A DNA stretch of 64,000 nt, taken from NCBI GenBank assembly GCA_963836235.1, contig CAWIIP010000002.1, positions 736,001 through 800,000 on the forward strand, given 5' to 3'. Every line of letters starts with the position of its first letter. The first letter of the stretch is position 1. Under the pieces are notes generated by a model. That model had not been told where the DNA came from and ran no database searches. It saw nothing but the letters and a program-made list of their open reading frames with translations. Both the position numbers and the translations under genes were made by a program. This document shows, one piece after another, positions 47,250-57,206 of the stretch. This DNA is from an uncultured Pseudomonadota bacterium (lineage in GTDB: Bacteria; Oederibacteriota; Muellerivitia; Muellerivitales; Muellerivitaceae).

Positions 47250-49545
47250 TTCTCTCTCCCTAACCCCAAAGACCTTTTGGCGCCAAGAAGGCCCTCCGCT
47301 TCTCTTTTTAACCGCCGCTTTCCTATTATTTTTTAAGGAATGGTCCCATCCCTTCACCCGATTTTTTCTCTCCCTGGACCTGAGCGTTTTATACGAACCG
47401 GTTTATTTTTGGGTTCACCAGCATCTCTCCCAGGGTAAATTACCCCTCATTTGTGACAACGCCATGCATGGGGCCCCGATCGCCGCTTATTCGATGGCGG
47501 GTGTCTTGTCCCCTTTTCTTTGGTTGTTCCACTGGTTTTCATCTTATGTCTTAGTATTCAACCTTCTCTTCCTGTCTCCCCAAGCTATCTATTTATTCGG
47601 AACATATTTTTTGGGACGCCAACTGAACTTGTCGCGGTCCGCTGCCTTACTATTGGCCTTCTTTTGGTCTTTCAACGGCCATCAAATGGCCCAACTGGAC
47701 CACTTAAATGTGGCTTGGGCCCATGCCTTTTTTCCCTGGGCGTTCCTGGCCCTGTTACGTCACTTGGAAACCCGACGAGCCTTCTGGATTTTTCTTTCAT
47801 CTCTTTTGATGGGTTTGAACTTGCTCTCGGGCCATCCTCAGGTTTTCTTTTTGGAGTGTCTTTTTTTCCTTTTCCGGGCGCTTTTCTTCGACGCTTATAA
47901 GCTTAAAACGCGGTTGGGTTCCACGATCCTGATGGGCCTGGGATCTCTGATCGTAGCCTCACCCCTTATTCTCTTTACCGCCGAATGTTTGAAGGGTGAT
48001 TTTCAAACTCAATGGAGTGTTATTGATCGTTTTTATCACTCCTGGACACCGATGAATTTCCTCACCCTTTTCTTCCCTTGGTTCTTTGGAAAGACTCAAT
48101 ATGACCGCGCGGGAATGGACTATTGGTGGCAGTATCAGTTTGTGGAAATGCAGGTGGCCTTCTCCATTGTTGCCCTGTTCTTCATCGTCTTTTTCTTTTC
48201 CCGCAAAGATCCGCGAAGGAAATGGATCGCCTGGACTTTCGTCTTCGCTCTGGCCATGTCCATGGGCAAATTCACCTTCTTTTATTCCCTGGTCCAATCC
48301 CTCCCAGTCTTTTCCTTCTTCCGCGACCCGGCCCGTTATTGGTTCTTAGCCACTTGGGTCCTTGGGATAGGCGCGGCGACGGGTTGGGACCTCTGGTTTG
48401 AGGAAAGAGACCATGGGGTCCAAGGTAAAAAAATAACTCTTTGGATCGCTGGGGCGACAATTGGAATACCCCTGATGGGACTGGCCCTTTTGTCATTCGG
48501 ACGGCCTCTTTTGGAATCCTCCGCCGACTTCTTTATCCGCCATTTCCTTTTAGGGGATGCGGCCCATTTCCAGTCCCTTTCCTTTTACTTGAGCCGCGTT
48601 CCGCAAAAATTGGAGGCGCTTGCCGTTAATTTGAACCCCATCCGTCCCAGGGTTTTCCTCCCTATTCTCTTTTTAGGCGGTTTGCTGGCCGCTGTTTGGG
48701 GCCGCCCTCGATGGAATCTGACCTGTCTCAAGATTTTTCTTCTCTTTTTGGTTTTGGCCGACCTTTATGCTTTTCGCATGCCCTTGGGGAACGCTTTTTA
48801 TAATCCGTCGGATATTACCGCTCCTCAAGTTCCCGCGCCGGAAAATCGAACTCTCACTCTTCTTTACAACACTCCTTCGCCCCTTCCTAACCAATATCGG
48901 GAAATGGCCTATCCCAACATGAACTTGATGTTCAACCGGCCCAACCTAGTTTTCGACGCCAACCCCACCCCCCGGCGCTACGCCGACATCTGGGCCAAAC
49001 TAGGTTGGTTTTCATGGGTATATAAAGACCGGGATCCTATGGGCTTTTCCAACAATATCGATCTTCTTCGGATGATGGGTGTGGACCAGATTGTTTCTGA
49101 TATTCCTTTAAAACTTCCCCCGATTTTCACCGTGACTCAAAACCATTACCCCTTTGTTTATCACTTAGGATCAGCTATGCCCAAAGCCTATCTAGGGATT
49201 ACCCATGGAAAAGCGATGTTATTAAATCCCCCTGAATTTAAGCCGGATATATCCGAATGGAGCGAAACACGCCTTTTGTTGTCCGCCCGCAATAATAAAT
49301 CGGATTATGGATCCAATTTATTGTTTCTCCAGAAGACCTGCCTTCCTGGATGGAAAGCCAACATCAATGGAAACCCGGTTCAGATCCAAACCGAGGACGA
49401 GGTATTAACCGCCCTTCCTCTGGAAACAGGCGATAACCGAATCGAGCTTCATTTCGATCCCACCGGTCTGCGCCTGGGCTTTTTCCTGTTTTTCGCCTTT
49501 TCCGGGCTCTTTTCCTTCTTCCTGATTCGCCGCATCCTCGCTTGA
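47221..49545 (+). CDS. YfhO-like GT-C membrane protein (divergent)
   Basis: GKLPL...HGAP, SGHPQ, FRDPARY, PGWKANING. Confidence 0.8.
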   Translation: MKKTPIEKSSSLSLTPKTFWRQEGPPLLFLTAAFLLFFKEWSHPFTRFFLSLDLSVLYEPVYFWVHQHLSQGKLPLICDNAMHGAPIAAYSMAGVLSPFLWLFHWFSSYVLVFNLLFLSPQAIYLFGTYFLGRQLNLSRSAALLLAFFWSFNGHQMAQLDHLNVAWAHAFFPWAFLALLRHLETRRAFWIFLSSLLMGLNLLSGHPQVFFLECLFFLFRALFFDAYKLKTRLGSTILMGLGSLIVASPLILFTAECLKGDFQTQWSVIDRFYHSWTPMNFLTLFFPWFFGKTQYDRAGMDYWWQYQFVEMQVAFSIVALFFIVFFFSRKDPRRKWIAWTFVFALAMSMGKFTFFYSLVQSLPVFSFFRDPARYWFLATWVLGIGAATGWDLWFEERDHGVQGKKITLWIAGATIGIPLMGLALLSFGRPLLESSADFFIRHFLLGDAAHFQSLSFYLSRVPQKLEALAVNLNPIRPRVFLPILFLGGLLAAVWGRPRWNLTCLKIFLLFLVLADLYAFRMPLGNAFYNPSDITAPQVPAPENRTLTLLYNTPSPLPNQYREMAYPNMNLMFNRPNLVFDANPTPRRYADIWAKLGWFSWVYKDRDPMGFSNNIDLLRMMGVDQIVSDIPLKLPPIFTVTQNHYPFVYHLGSAMPKAYLGITHGKAMLLNPPEFKPDISEWSETRLLLSARNNKSDYGSNLLFLQKTCLPGWKANINGNPVQIQTEDEVLTALPLETGDNRIELHFDPTGLRLGFFLFFAFSGLFSFFLIRRILA

Positions 49546-49599
49546 GTCCCTGACCCGCCCGCACTAAAATGCCCCCTCATTTCATTGAAGGAGGGTCTC

Positions 49600-50040
49600 A
49601 TGCCGCTTCAAGAAGGTAGCCCCGCTCCCGATTTCAGCCTGAAGTCCACCGACGGAAGCACTGTCCAATTGTCCCGCTTTAAGGGAAAGAAAAACGTCAT
49701 CGTTTATTTTTACCCCAAGGACGACACGCCGGGCTGTACCAAGGAAGCCTGCAGCTTCCGGGACGACGTCTCCCAGTTATTGGCCAAGGACACGGTGGTC
49801 TTCGGTGTTTCCACCGATAACCTGCAAAGTCACAACGAGTTCACTAAGAAATTTAGCCTGAATTTTCCCCTTCTTTCCGATCCCGATGGTTCCGTTTCCA
49901 AGTCTTACGACGGGTTTAATCCCGAAAAAGGAACCAGCCGCCGGGTCACTGCCGTTATCGATAAGGAAGGCAAGATTAAAAAGTACTTCGCCCAAGTCAA
50001 TCCTGAGGGCCACAGCAAGGAAGTATTGTCGTTTCTGTAA
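49600..50040 (+). CDS. bcp: peroxiredoxin (BCP/PrxQ)
   Basis: [20 protein letters not shown]; AAGGAGG RBS. Confidence 0.95.
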   Translation: MPLQEGSPAPDFSLKSTDGSTVQLSRFKGKKNVIVYFYPKDDTPGCTKEACSFRDDVSQLLAKDTVVFGVSTDNLQSHNEFTKKFSLNFPLLSDPDGSVSKSYDGFNPEKGTSRRVTAVIDKEGKIKKYFAQVNPEGHSKEVLSFL

Positions 50041-50089
50041 AGGTTTCTTGCGTACTCGTTCCACCATTCCAAGCGCGAAAGGCATTTCA

Positions 50090-51778
50090 ATGACAAAAAA
50101 ACTCAATCAAAGGTCTTCCATGATGACAGAGGGGGACAATCGGGCTCCCAACCGGGCCATGCTGAGGGCCGTTGGCTTCACGGACGCGGATTTCCAGAAA
50201 CCCATCATCGGCATCGCCTCTCCCTGGAGCGAAATCACGCCTTGCAACATGCATTTGAACGAACTGGCCGAAAGGGCTAAGCAAGGAATCCAAAAGGCCC
50301 AGGGAATGGGGCAAACCTTCGGTACTATAACGGTCTCGGACGGCATTTCGATGGGTCATGAGGGAATGAAATTCTCATTGGTGTCCCGTGAGGTGATCGC
50401 CGATTCCATTGAGGTCGTTTCCAGCGCCCAGCGCTTCGACGGCTTGGTAGCTATCGGCGGCTGTGACAAAAACATGCCGGGTGCCCTCATGGGTATCGGG
50501 CGTCTGAACATTCCGTCCGTCTTCATCTATGGCGGTACCATCCTGCCGGGCAAGTACAACGGCAAGGATATTGACATCGTTTCGATTTTCGAGGCGGTCG
50601 GCCAATACAGCGCGGGCAAAATCAATAAGGAACAGCTTAAAGGCGTTGAATGCAACGCCTGCCCCACCGCCGGTTCCTGCGGCGGCATGTACACCGCCAA
50701 CACCATGGCCTCGGCCATTGAGGCGATGGGCATGGCCCTTCCCCACGATTCTTGCCAGCCCGCCGTGGGTGAGCCCAAGAGGCTTTTGTGCGACCAAGCT
50801 GGCGCCGCGGTGGTGGAAATGATCAAAAAAGGCACGCGCCCCAAAGACATCATGACCAAGAAAGCCTTCGAAAATGCCATCACGGTGGCCTTTGCCCTGG
50901 GGGGTTCCACCAACGTCGTCTTGCACTTGATCGCCATCGCCAAGTCCGTCGGCGTGAAGCTGACGATCGATGATTTCGACCGCCTTAGCGCCAAGGTTCC
51001 CCACTTGGCGGATTTAAAACCCAGCGGTAAATACGTTGCGGCCGACCTGGACCGCATTGGCGGCATTCCGGCCGTCATGAAAATGCTCTTGGAAGCCAAA
51101 TTGATCCACGGGGATTGCTTGACCGTTACCGGAAAAACGGTCAGGGAAAATCTCAAAGAGGCGGCTCCCCTTTCTAAGAACCAACCGATTATCCGGCACA
51201 TCAATAACCCCCTTTACCCTACCGCGCCCATGGTGATTTTGAAGGGCAATTTGGCGCCTGAGGGAGCCGTGGCAAAAATCTCCGGGCTGAAAGTCATCAC
51301 CCATACCGGTCCCGCCAAGGTTTTCAACGGTGAGGAGGCGGCTTTCGCCGCCATTCAAAAGAAGAAAATCAAAGCCGGCGACGTGGTGGTGATTCGCTAC
51401 GAGGGACCCAAAGGCGGGCCTGGAATGCGGGAAATGCTGGCAATAACGGCGGCCCTGGTGGGCCAGGGGCTGGGTGAAAAAGTCGGTTTGATTACGGACG
51501 GAAGGTTCAGCGGGGGTACCCACGGTTTGGTCGTGGGCCATATCGCCCCAGAAGCTCAAGTCGGGGGGCCTATCGGGTTGATAAAGGATGGCGACCTGAT
51601 CACCATTGACGCCAAGAAAAAAAAGCTGGATTTGCTTGTCAGCGGGGCTGAACTTCAAAAACGGAAAGCCAAATGGAAGCCGATTACCAATCCCTATCCT
51701 AAAGGGGTCCTGGGAAAATATACCCACTTGGTTTCATCCGCCAGCCAAGGCGCCGTCACTGACGAGTTTTCGAAATAA
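50090..51778 (+). CDS. ilvD: dihydroxy-acid dehydratase
   Basis: [47 protein letters not shown]; start ATG 50090. Confidence 0.97.
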   Translation: MTKKLNQRSSMMTEGDNRAPNRAMLRAVGFTDADFQKPIIGIASPWSEITPCNMHLNELAERAKQGIQKAQGMGQTFGTITVSDGISMGHEGMKFSLVSREVIADSIEVVSSAQRFDGLVAIGGCDKNMPGALMGIGRLNIPSVFIYGGTILPGKYNGKDIDIVSIFEAVGQYSAGKINKEQLKGVECNACPTAGSCGGMYTANTMASAIEAMGMALPHDSCQPAVGEPKRLLCDQAGAAVVEMIKKGTRPKDIMTKKAFENAITVAFALGGSTNVVLHLIAIAKSVGVKLTIDDFDRLSAKVPHLADLKPSGKYVAADLDRIGGIPAVMKMLLEAKLIHGDCLTVTGKTVRENLKEAAPLSKNQPIIRHINNPLYPTAPMVILKGNLAPEGAVAKISGLKVITHTGPAKVFNGEEAAFAAIQKKKIKAGDVVVIRYEGPKGGPGMREMLAITAALVGQGLGEKVGLITDGRFSGGTHGLVVGHIAPEAQVGGPIGLIKDGDLITIDAKKKKLDLLVSGAELQKRKAKWKPITNPYPKGVLGKYTHLVSSASQGAVTDEFSK

Positions 51779-51786
51779 TTCAAGGC

Positions 51787-51820
51787 AAAAAAAATCGGGT
51801 GGACCCTAAGGCCCACCCGA
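51787..51820 (-). terminator. rho-independent terminator between convergent genes
   Basis: TCGGGTGG/CCACCCGA stem with an 8-nt A-run (U-tail on minus strand). Confidence 0.75.
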
Positions 51821-51875
51821 CATGAGGAAGTTTCAGGCGGTTAAACCCGAAACCCCAACAGACTTGGCGCCGTTA

Positions 51876-52085
51876 TTACTTGGCGGCCGGAGTCGTGGAA
51901 GCAGCAGCCGGAGCAGCAGCGGCATCGGCTGACTTCTTCATTTTCTTGGCCTTCTTGTGCTTCTTCTTCATCGGAGCAGCGGCAGCCGGAGCAGCAGCAG
52001 CCGGAGCAGCAGCATCATCAGCCAAAACAACACCGGTTGCTCCGAGGAACAACACGGTCATCAACGCAGCAAAAAAACGCTTCAT
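51876..52085 (-). CDS. small secreted Ala/Pro/Lys-rich protein
   Basis: Signal peptide (..VLA/DD), AAAP repeats, KKKHKKAKK; AGGAGG RBS, own promoter and terminator. Confidence 0.85.
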   Translation of the reverse strand: MKRFFAALMTVLFLGATGVVLADDAAAPAAAAPAAAAPMKKKHKKAKKMKKSADAAAAPAAASTTPAAK

Positions 52086-52175
52086 TAGAAGCCTCCTTGA
52101 AATTAAAACAGTGGTCGACCACTATTTCACAATTCCAACTCCCCACGCCGAAGCAGAAGGTCGTTGAAAGCCGGT

Positions 52176-52204
52176 ATTGTAAGCACAGCCACTCCCAAGT
52201 GCAA
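52176..52204 (-). promoter_or_regulatory. sigma70 promoter of the small secreted protein
   Basis: TTGCAC-N17-TACAAT on minus strand with an A-rich upstream tract. Confidence 0.65.
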
Positions 52205-52252
52205 CTTTTTTTATTGGAAAGAAAGGGCAAAGCGGCTTGTTTTGTTGAGTTT

Positions 52253-53245
52253 TTAGGCTTTTGGGATGGATTGCCAGGCCAGCCGGGCAGCGCCGACGGC
52301 GCCCATATTATCCCCCAGCTTTGCCATTCGGAACTTTAATCCCTTCATATGGGACTTAAAGCAGCGCTTTTGAAGTTCTTTCCTCATGGGTTTCATCAAA
52401 AGATCTCCCGCTCCGGCCACCCCACCGCTAAAGATGATCATTCCGGGGTTCAAAAGATGGATCGCTGAGGTGAGTCCCACTCCCAATAGACGTCCCGCCT
52501 TTTCATAAACATTCAGGGCCTTTTTATTCCCGGCTTCGGCCATTTTCTGGAAGGAATAAGCTTCCCGGGGTTGGCCGGGGGCAAGCTTGAGCCCCGCTTC
52601 GGTGGCCAAACGGATAATTCCCGTGGCTGAAACATATTGTTCGAGGATGCCGCTATTGCCATAAGGGGTTGGAGGTCCATCGGGGATGACGACCATGTGG
52701 CCGATATGGTTGCTGACACCGGTTGCTCCCTCATAAATTTTTCCATCCAAGATAAGCCCGCCACCCACTCCCGTCCCCAAGGTCACGCACAAAACCACCT
52801 TCTCACCCTTGCCCGCGCCCACCCAGCTTTCGCCCAAGGCCGCCAGGTTGGCGTCATTTTCAAGGGCGACTTTTTTATGAAGTTTTTTTCTCAAATAATC
52901 AACGATATGAACATTTTTCCAATTGAGATTGGGGGTATAGAGAATGATCCCCTTTTTGGGGTCTAGCGGTCCGGGGGAGCCAATTCCCACCGCCAAGTGG
53001 GAAACCCAAGGTTGTCCGCTATTGGTGGAAGCAGCCCGCGCGCTTTCGACGATCCGGTTCATGACGCCCATCGCGCCCAGGGAGGCCATGGTCTTGCGTT
53101 TGTCCTTGCCGAGGACTTTTCCTTTATCATCCACGACAGCCGACACGATATTGGTTCCGCCCAGGTCCACGCCGATCACGGTTTTCAAGATACTTCTCCC
53201 GATGGAAAGTGGCGTTATTGTAGCCTTGGCTTTAGGATTAGGCAA
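52253..53245 (-). CDS. ROK family sugar kinase (glucokinase-like)
   Basis: IGVDLGGT, GIGSPG, ENDANLAALGE, TLGTGVGGG; start may be further downstream. Confidence 0.92.
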   Translation of the reverse strand: MPNPKAKATITPLSIGRSILKTVIGVDLGGTNIVSAVVDDKGKVLGKDKRKTMASLGAMGVMNRIVESARAASTNSGQPWVSHLAVGIGSPGPLDPKKGIILYTPNLNWKNVHIVDYLRKKLHKKVALENDANLAALGESWVGAGKGEKVVLCVTLGTGVGGGLILDGKIYEGATGVSNHIGHMVVIPDGPPTPYGNSGILEQYVSATGIIRLATEAGLKLAPGQPREAYSFQKMAEAGNKKALNVYEKAGRLLGVGLTSAIHLLNPGMIIFSGGVAGAGDLLMKPMRKELQKRCFKSHMKGLKFRMAKLGDNMGAVGAARLAWQSIPKA

Positions 53246-53278
53246 AAAGATAAAAGCAAGCGGAAGGACTTTTTTCCC

Positions 53279-54910
53279 TTATTTCACCGGGCTTTGATAG
53301 AAGTGATAGTCCATTTGGGGAAACAGGTTATCCTTTTCTTCCAAATCCGAAAGAAATCGTTGATCCACTTTGTTTTCACGGACCTGTTCCAATAACTGGT
53401 TGAACCGGCTGAGATGGATTTTGATCCGGCGTTCCGCGTAAAGACCGTGGTTTCCGTTATACAGCATAAAGGCCCAATCACTGGACTGGGCCAAAAGCAA
53501 TTCACGGGCGGCCTGGTCCATGGCGCGTCGGTTTAACGGACCTTCCCCTTCTTCCCTATCCGCCAGGGCCTGTATTTCATCGCAGGCCGAGCTTAAGAGT
53601 GGATAAATCCAATCGTTCGTTTGGTTGAGCCAAACTTCCGAATAGCCACCCAAACCCCAGGAAGAAAAAACCGGTTGCGTGGGCTGGATTTCAGGGAAAC
53701 GCTTCAAATAACCGGAAGGGGTGATAAAAGAAAGGGATTCACCCCTTTGGTGGTTGAGTTCAAAAAGAAAATAGAGAAAATCCGGGCCTTCGTACCACCA
53801 ATGGCCAAATAGCTCGGCATCGTACAGGCAGTTCACTAGCGGGGTGCGTGTCATTAAGGGCCCCACTTTCCCTATTTGAGTTTGGCGGTTGGAAAGGAAG
53901 TCGAGCGCGTGTTGCCTGGCTTTCAGGCGGGCTCGCTCCGGTTGATAGGGTTCCTTTTGGTCCCCGGAACCCGTTACACGATAGTATTTAAGACCGGTAA
54001 ACCTCCGGATTCCTTCCGGTTGAAGGTAAGGATGAAGTTCTTTCTCATCTAAATCGAACCCCACATCCCGGTAAAATTCCCGGTAATCCGGATCGCCCGG
54101 ATAGCCTTCCTTTGAACTCCAAACCTGTTTGGAACTCTCCTGATCCCTTCCAAACGCGGCTAATCCCGACGGACATCGGATGGGGGCGAAAGTCCCGTAT
54201 TGGGGCCTTGGCGTCGCCTGAAGCAGCCCATGGGACTCGACAAAAAAATATTTCAATCCATAGTCTTTTAAGATTTCATCCTGGCCCGGCTGATAACCGC
54301 ATTCTGGCAGCCAAAAACCCTCAGGTTTTCCGCCAAAAAAACTTTCATGAAGTTGAAGGGCCGCTTGTATTTGGGCCCGGACAGCCGTTTCACGGACTCC
54401 CAGGATTGGCAGAAAGCCATGGGTGGCCGCGCAGGTAATAATTTCCACTTTTCCCAAAGCTTGGAATTTTTTAAACCCTATCGCGATATTACATTGATAT
54501 TGCTCGATAAAGGCCCGGCGATACTTCCCCAGTTTTTCAAGATACATCTGGAGTACCGGCTCGAACTCCGGATGATTTCGGATTCGTCCTTTTTCTTTTT
54601 CAGCCAGGGCGACGAGCTGGTCCACGTAACGAACGGCTCTTTTTTGCAAAAGCGGATCCAAGCACATGGAGAGAAGTGTGGGCGAAACGGATAAAGTAAT
54701 TTGAAAAGGGATATTCTTTTGGGATAACTCCTCAAAAACACAAAGTAAAGGAAGATAGGTCTCAAAAAGCGCCTCGTAATACCAATTTTCTTCCAAAAAA
54801 TAATCATGTTCGGGATGGCGCACATAAGGAAGATGACAGTGGAGGACCAGGGAAAGAAATCCGGAATGATTCCCTTGATCCTTGGCGACAGCGGAGGAAG
54901 AATTGGACAA
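53279..54910 (-). CDS. GH57 1,4-alpha-glucan branching enzyme (DUF1957)
   Basis: HCHLPYV, ETYLPL, FWLPECG, YDAELFGHWWYEG, RELLLAQSSDW. Confidence 0.95.
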   Translation of the reverse strand: MSNSSSAVAKDQGNHSGFLSLVLHCHLPYVRHPEHDYFLEENWYYEALFETYLPLLCVFEELSQKNIPFQITLSVSPTLLSMCLDPLLQKRAVRYVDQLVALAEKEKGRIRNHPEFEPVLQMYLEKLGKYRRAFIEQYQCNIAIGFKKFQALGKVEIITCAATHGFLPILGVRETAVRAQIQAALQLHESFFGGKPEGFWLPECGYQPGQDEILKDYGLKYFFVESHGLLQATPRPQYGTFAPIRCPSGLAAFGRDQESSKQVWSSKEGYPGDPDYREFYRDVGFDLDEKELHPYLQPEGIRRFTGLKYYRVTGSGDQKEPYQPERARLKARQHALDFLSNRQTQIGKVGPLMTRTPLVNCLYDAELFGHWWYEGPDFLYFLFELNHQRGESLSFITPSGYLKRFPEIQPTQPVFSSWGLGGYSEVWLNQTNDWIYPLLSSACDEIQALADREEGEGPLNRRAMDQAARELLLAQSSDWAFMLYNGNHGLYAERRIKIHLSRFNQLLEQVRENKVDQRFLSDLEEKDNLFPQMDYHFYQSPVK

Positions 54911-54948
54911 TCGAATCCTTTTTCAACGATCAATTAAAAAGGGGCCTT

Positions 54949-55686
54949 TTAGTTAATTCTAGACGCGGAATATCGGTCCAACTTTTTCTTTTCCAAATTC
55001 TTCCGATAGGCTTCCGCGGAAGAAATTCCCGGAATAGGCGTGGAAGTTTCGGTTTCTTCCGCGTCCGAGAAATATTCCAAAAGGCCTTCCGGGGTTTCCC
55101 ATTTGGACCCCGTCCGCGCCGCGGAACCAACGGGTGTTTCCGAAGAGATCCCGGTTATGAGTTTACTGGAACGGGCGTAAACGACAACGCGGCCGGAAGG
55201 GGCTTTTTGGGCGATTTCGACGAAATAACTTCCATAAGCTTCTTTTAACTGGACATAACGGTTCATTTCGCCGGGTTCCACTCTGATTTCCTCAATTAAT
55301 TCGGTTTCTCCGTCCGATCCGGTTTTAAAAACACGTAAAACCATCGAGCTGTCTTTGTATTCGGCCGCCAATTGCTGTTTCATGGCTTCGATGCTCTCCG
55401 GCGTAACTTCCCAATAAGTAAAGATACAGCGCGGATCCCGGATAAAAGCGACCATCTGGGTCTCTCCCTGGCGTTTGCTCTTTTTTTGAATGGGCTCTCC
55501 CGAAGTCGCGGACAGTTTTGAAGTTTTGGTCCGAGCCACGGTCTTCTTGGCTTTGGCGCCCAAAGGCTTGGAGAGTGGCGTCTTCTTGGGCTTTGTTGGA
55601 TTTTTTTTGGGAACTTTCGTTCCTACGGACCGTTTGGGTTTCTTGGAAGAGGTAGATTCGGTTTCTTTCTTTTTTTTGCCGGGCAT
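54949..55686 (-). CDS. DUF4912 domain protein
   Basis: Lys-rich N-terminus; RDPRCIFTYWE, YFVEI, ARS; usual neighbour of GH57. Confidence 0.8.
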   Translation of the reverse strand: MPGKKKKETESTSSKKPKRSVGTKVPKKNPTKPKKTPLSKPLGAKAKKTVARTKTSKLSATSGEPIQKKSKRQGETQMVAFIRDPRCIFTYWEVTPESIEAMKQQLAAEYKDSSMVLRVFKTGSDGETELIEEIRVEPGEMNRYVQLKEAYGSYFVEIAQKAPSGRVVVYARSSKLITGISSETPVGSAARTGSKWETPEGLLEYFSDAEETETSTPIPGISSAEAYRKNLEKKKLDRYSASRIN

Positions 55687-55881
55687 GGGTCCCCCTCTAA
55701 AAATGAAGATGTCGGTGCTTTATCTTCCATTTTTTAACCGGAAATGGCAAGCCGTGACTATGGGCTTGATCCGTCGCCGACAAAAATGTATCCGTAAGAT
55801 TTCCTAAAAGGTCGGGTAAACGTAACTGAAGCCCTCATCCGCCTTTTCACGCTTATCACAAAGGTGTTTTGGGTGGAAATC

Positions 55882-56907
55882 TCACGGTTTCGACGCGGAA
55901 TTCCTGACGATGAGTTCTACCGGCACTTCCTGCCGCTTAGGGGGGGTATCTTTGTTTTCAATCATTTCCAGCACCCGGGAAACAGCCAACTTTCCCATAT
56001 ATTCCTTAGCCGCGCTCACGGTAGTCAAGGGCGGATCGGTATAATTGCTCATGGTGATGTTATCAAACCCGACAACACTTAAATCCGAAGGCACAGACCG
56101 GCCCATTTCACGGGCGGCCCTCAAGGCGCCCGCCGCCATTTCATCATTGACGCAAAAAAGGGCCGTCATCTTCTTATTCTTCCTCAAAATTTCCTTTGTT
56201 TTCTCATAGCCCCCTTGGAACGATAGGGACTGGCTCTCAAAGGAAAATGCGTCCTGGGCGGGCAAATCATATTTGGTGAGGGCGTTTTTCCAGCCTTCTT
56301 TTCGTTCCTCAATGCTGGGGCGGCCCTTGGCGATGCTTAAAAGACCGATATTTTTGTGGCCCAACCCTATCAAATGTTCCACCGCGATCAGCCCTCCCTG
56401 CTTATTGTCGATCTGAATGGTGTCGACTCCCTTCAGGGACGGATAATTGTCGATCGCCAACAGCGAAAGGCGGCGCTCCTGTATGTCTTTCACCATTTCG
56501 GCTTCCACCCGCCCGATTAAGAGAACTCCATCCACGTTCTTTTCCCGAATGATGAGGGGAAGGCTTTGGTAACCCTTGTAGGCCTTTTCCACGTATGAAA
56601 AAAGAAGGTTGAAATTTTTATCCACCGCTTCTTTGACCATTCCTTCGATGACAAAGGAATAAAACTGGTTGGAGATAATTTTGTCTTCCTGGTAAAAAAC
56701 CACTCCCAGGTTGCGGGTTCGGCGTCCGGCCAACCCCGCCGCCATGGCGCTGGGGTGATAATCCATTTCCCTGGCCACGTTCAAAACCCGTTTTTTGACT
56801 CCCTCGCTGATGGTCACGTTTGTCCGGTTGTTCAGGACGAACGAAACGGTGGTAATGGAGACTCCCGCTTTTTTCGCGACATCCTTGATGGTGGGGTGGG
56901 AACCCAT
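55882..56907 (-). CDS. LacI family transcriptional regulator
   Basis: TIKDVAKKAGVSITTVSFVLN, YHPS, NDEMA, SVVGFDN, PLTTV. Confidence 0.95.
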   Translation of the reverse strand: MGSHPTIKDVAKKAGVSITTVSFVLNNRTNVTISEGVKKRVLNVAREMDYHPSAMAAGLAGRRTRNLGVVFYQEDKIISNQFYSFVIEGMVKEAVDKNFNLLFSYVEKAYKGYQSLPLIIREKNVDGVLLIGRVEAEMVKDIQERRLSLLAIDNYPSLKGVDTIQIDNKQGGLIAVEHLIGLGHKNIGLLSIAKGRPSIEERKEGWKNALTKYDLPAQDAFSFESQSLSFQGGYEKTKEILRKNKKMTALFCVNDEMAAGALRAAREMGRSVPSDLSVVGFDNITMSNYTDPPLTTVSAAKEYMGKLAVSRVLEMIENKDTPPKRQEVPVELIVRNSASKP

Positions 56908-57206
56908 GAATAACTCCAATGGATGAGTCTTGGTCCGGAAGGATTTGGACTTCATCGCGATTAAATCCAGCAAGGCGTCAAAGCCAAAGCCTTCTTCGGC
57001 GGAATTTATTTTACTAAAAATTTTACTAAAAAAGTAAAAACCCCGGTTTGCCCCGGATCTTTCAAAACTCCGAAACCGAGAAAACCTTTATTTTGCATAA
57101 ACCATTTTTGTGCGTTTGTTGGGGAAGGGACGGCCTGGACTAGAAAGATCGGTGGCGACCACTAGGTGAATCGTAGAATCCCGTTAAAATGAAAAAAGGC
57201 TAAATA

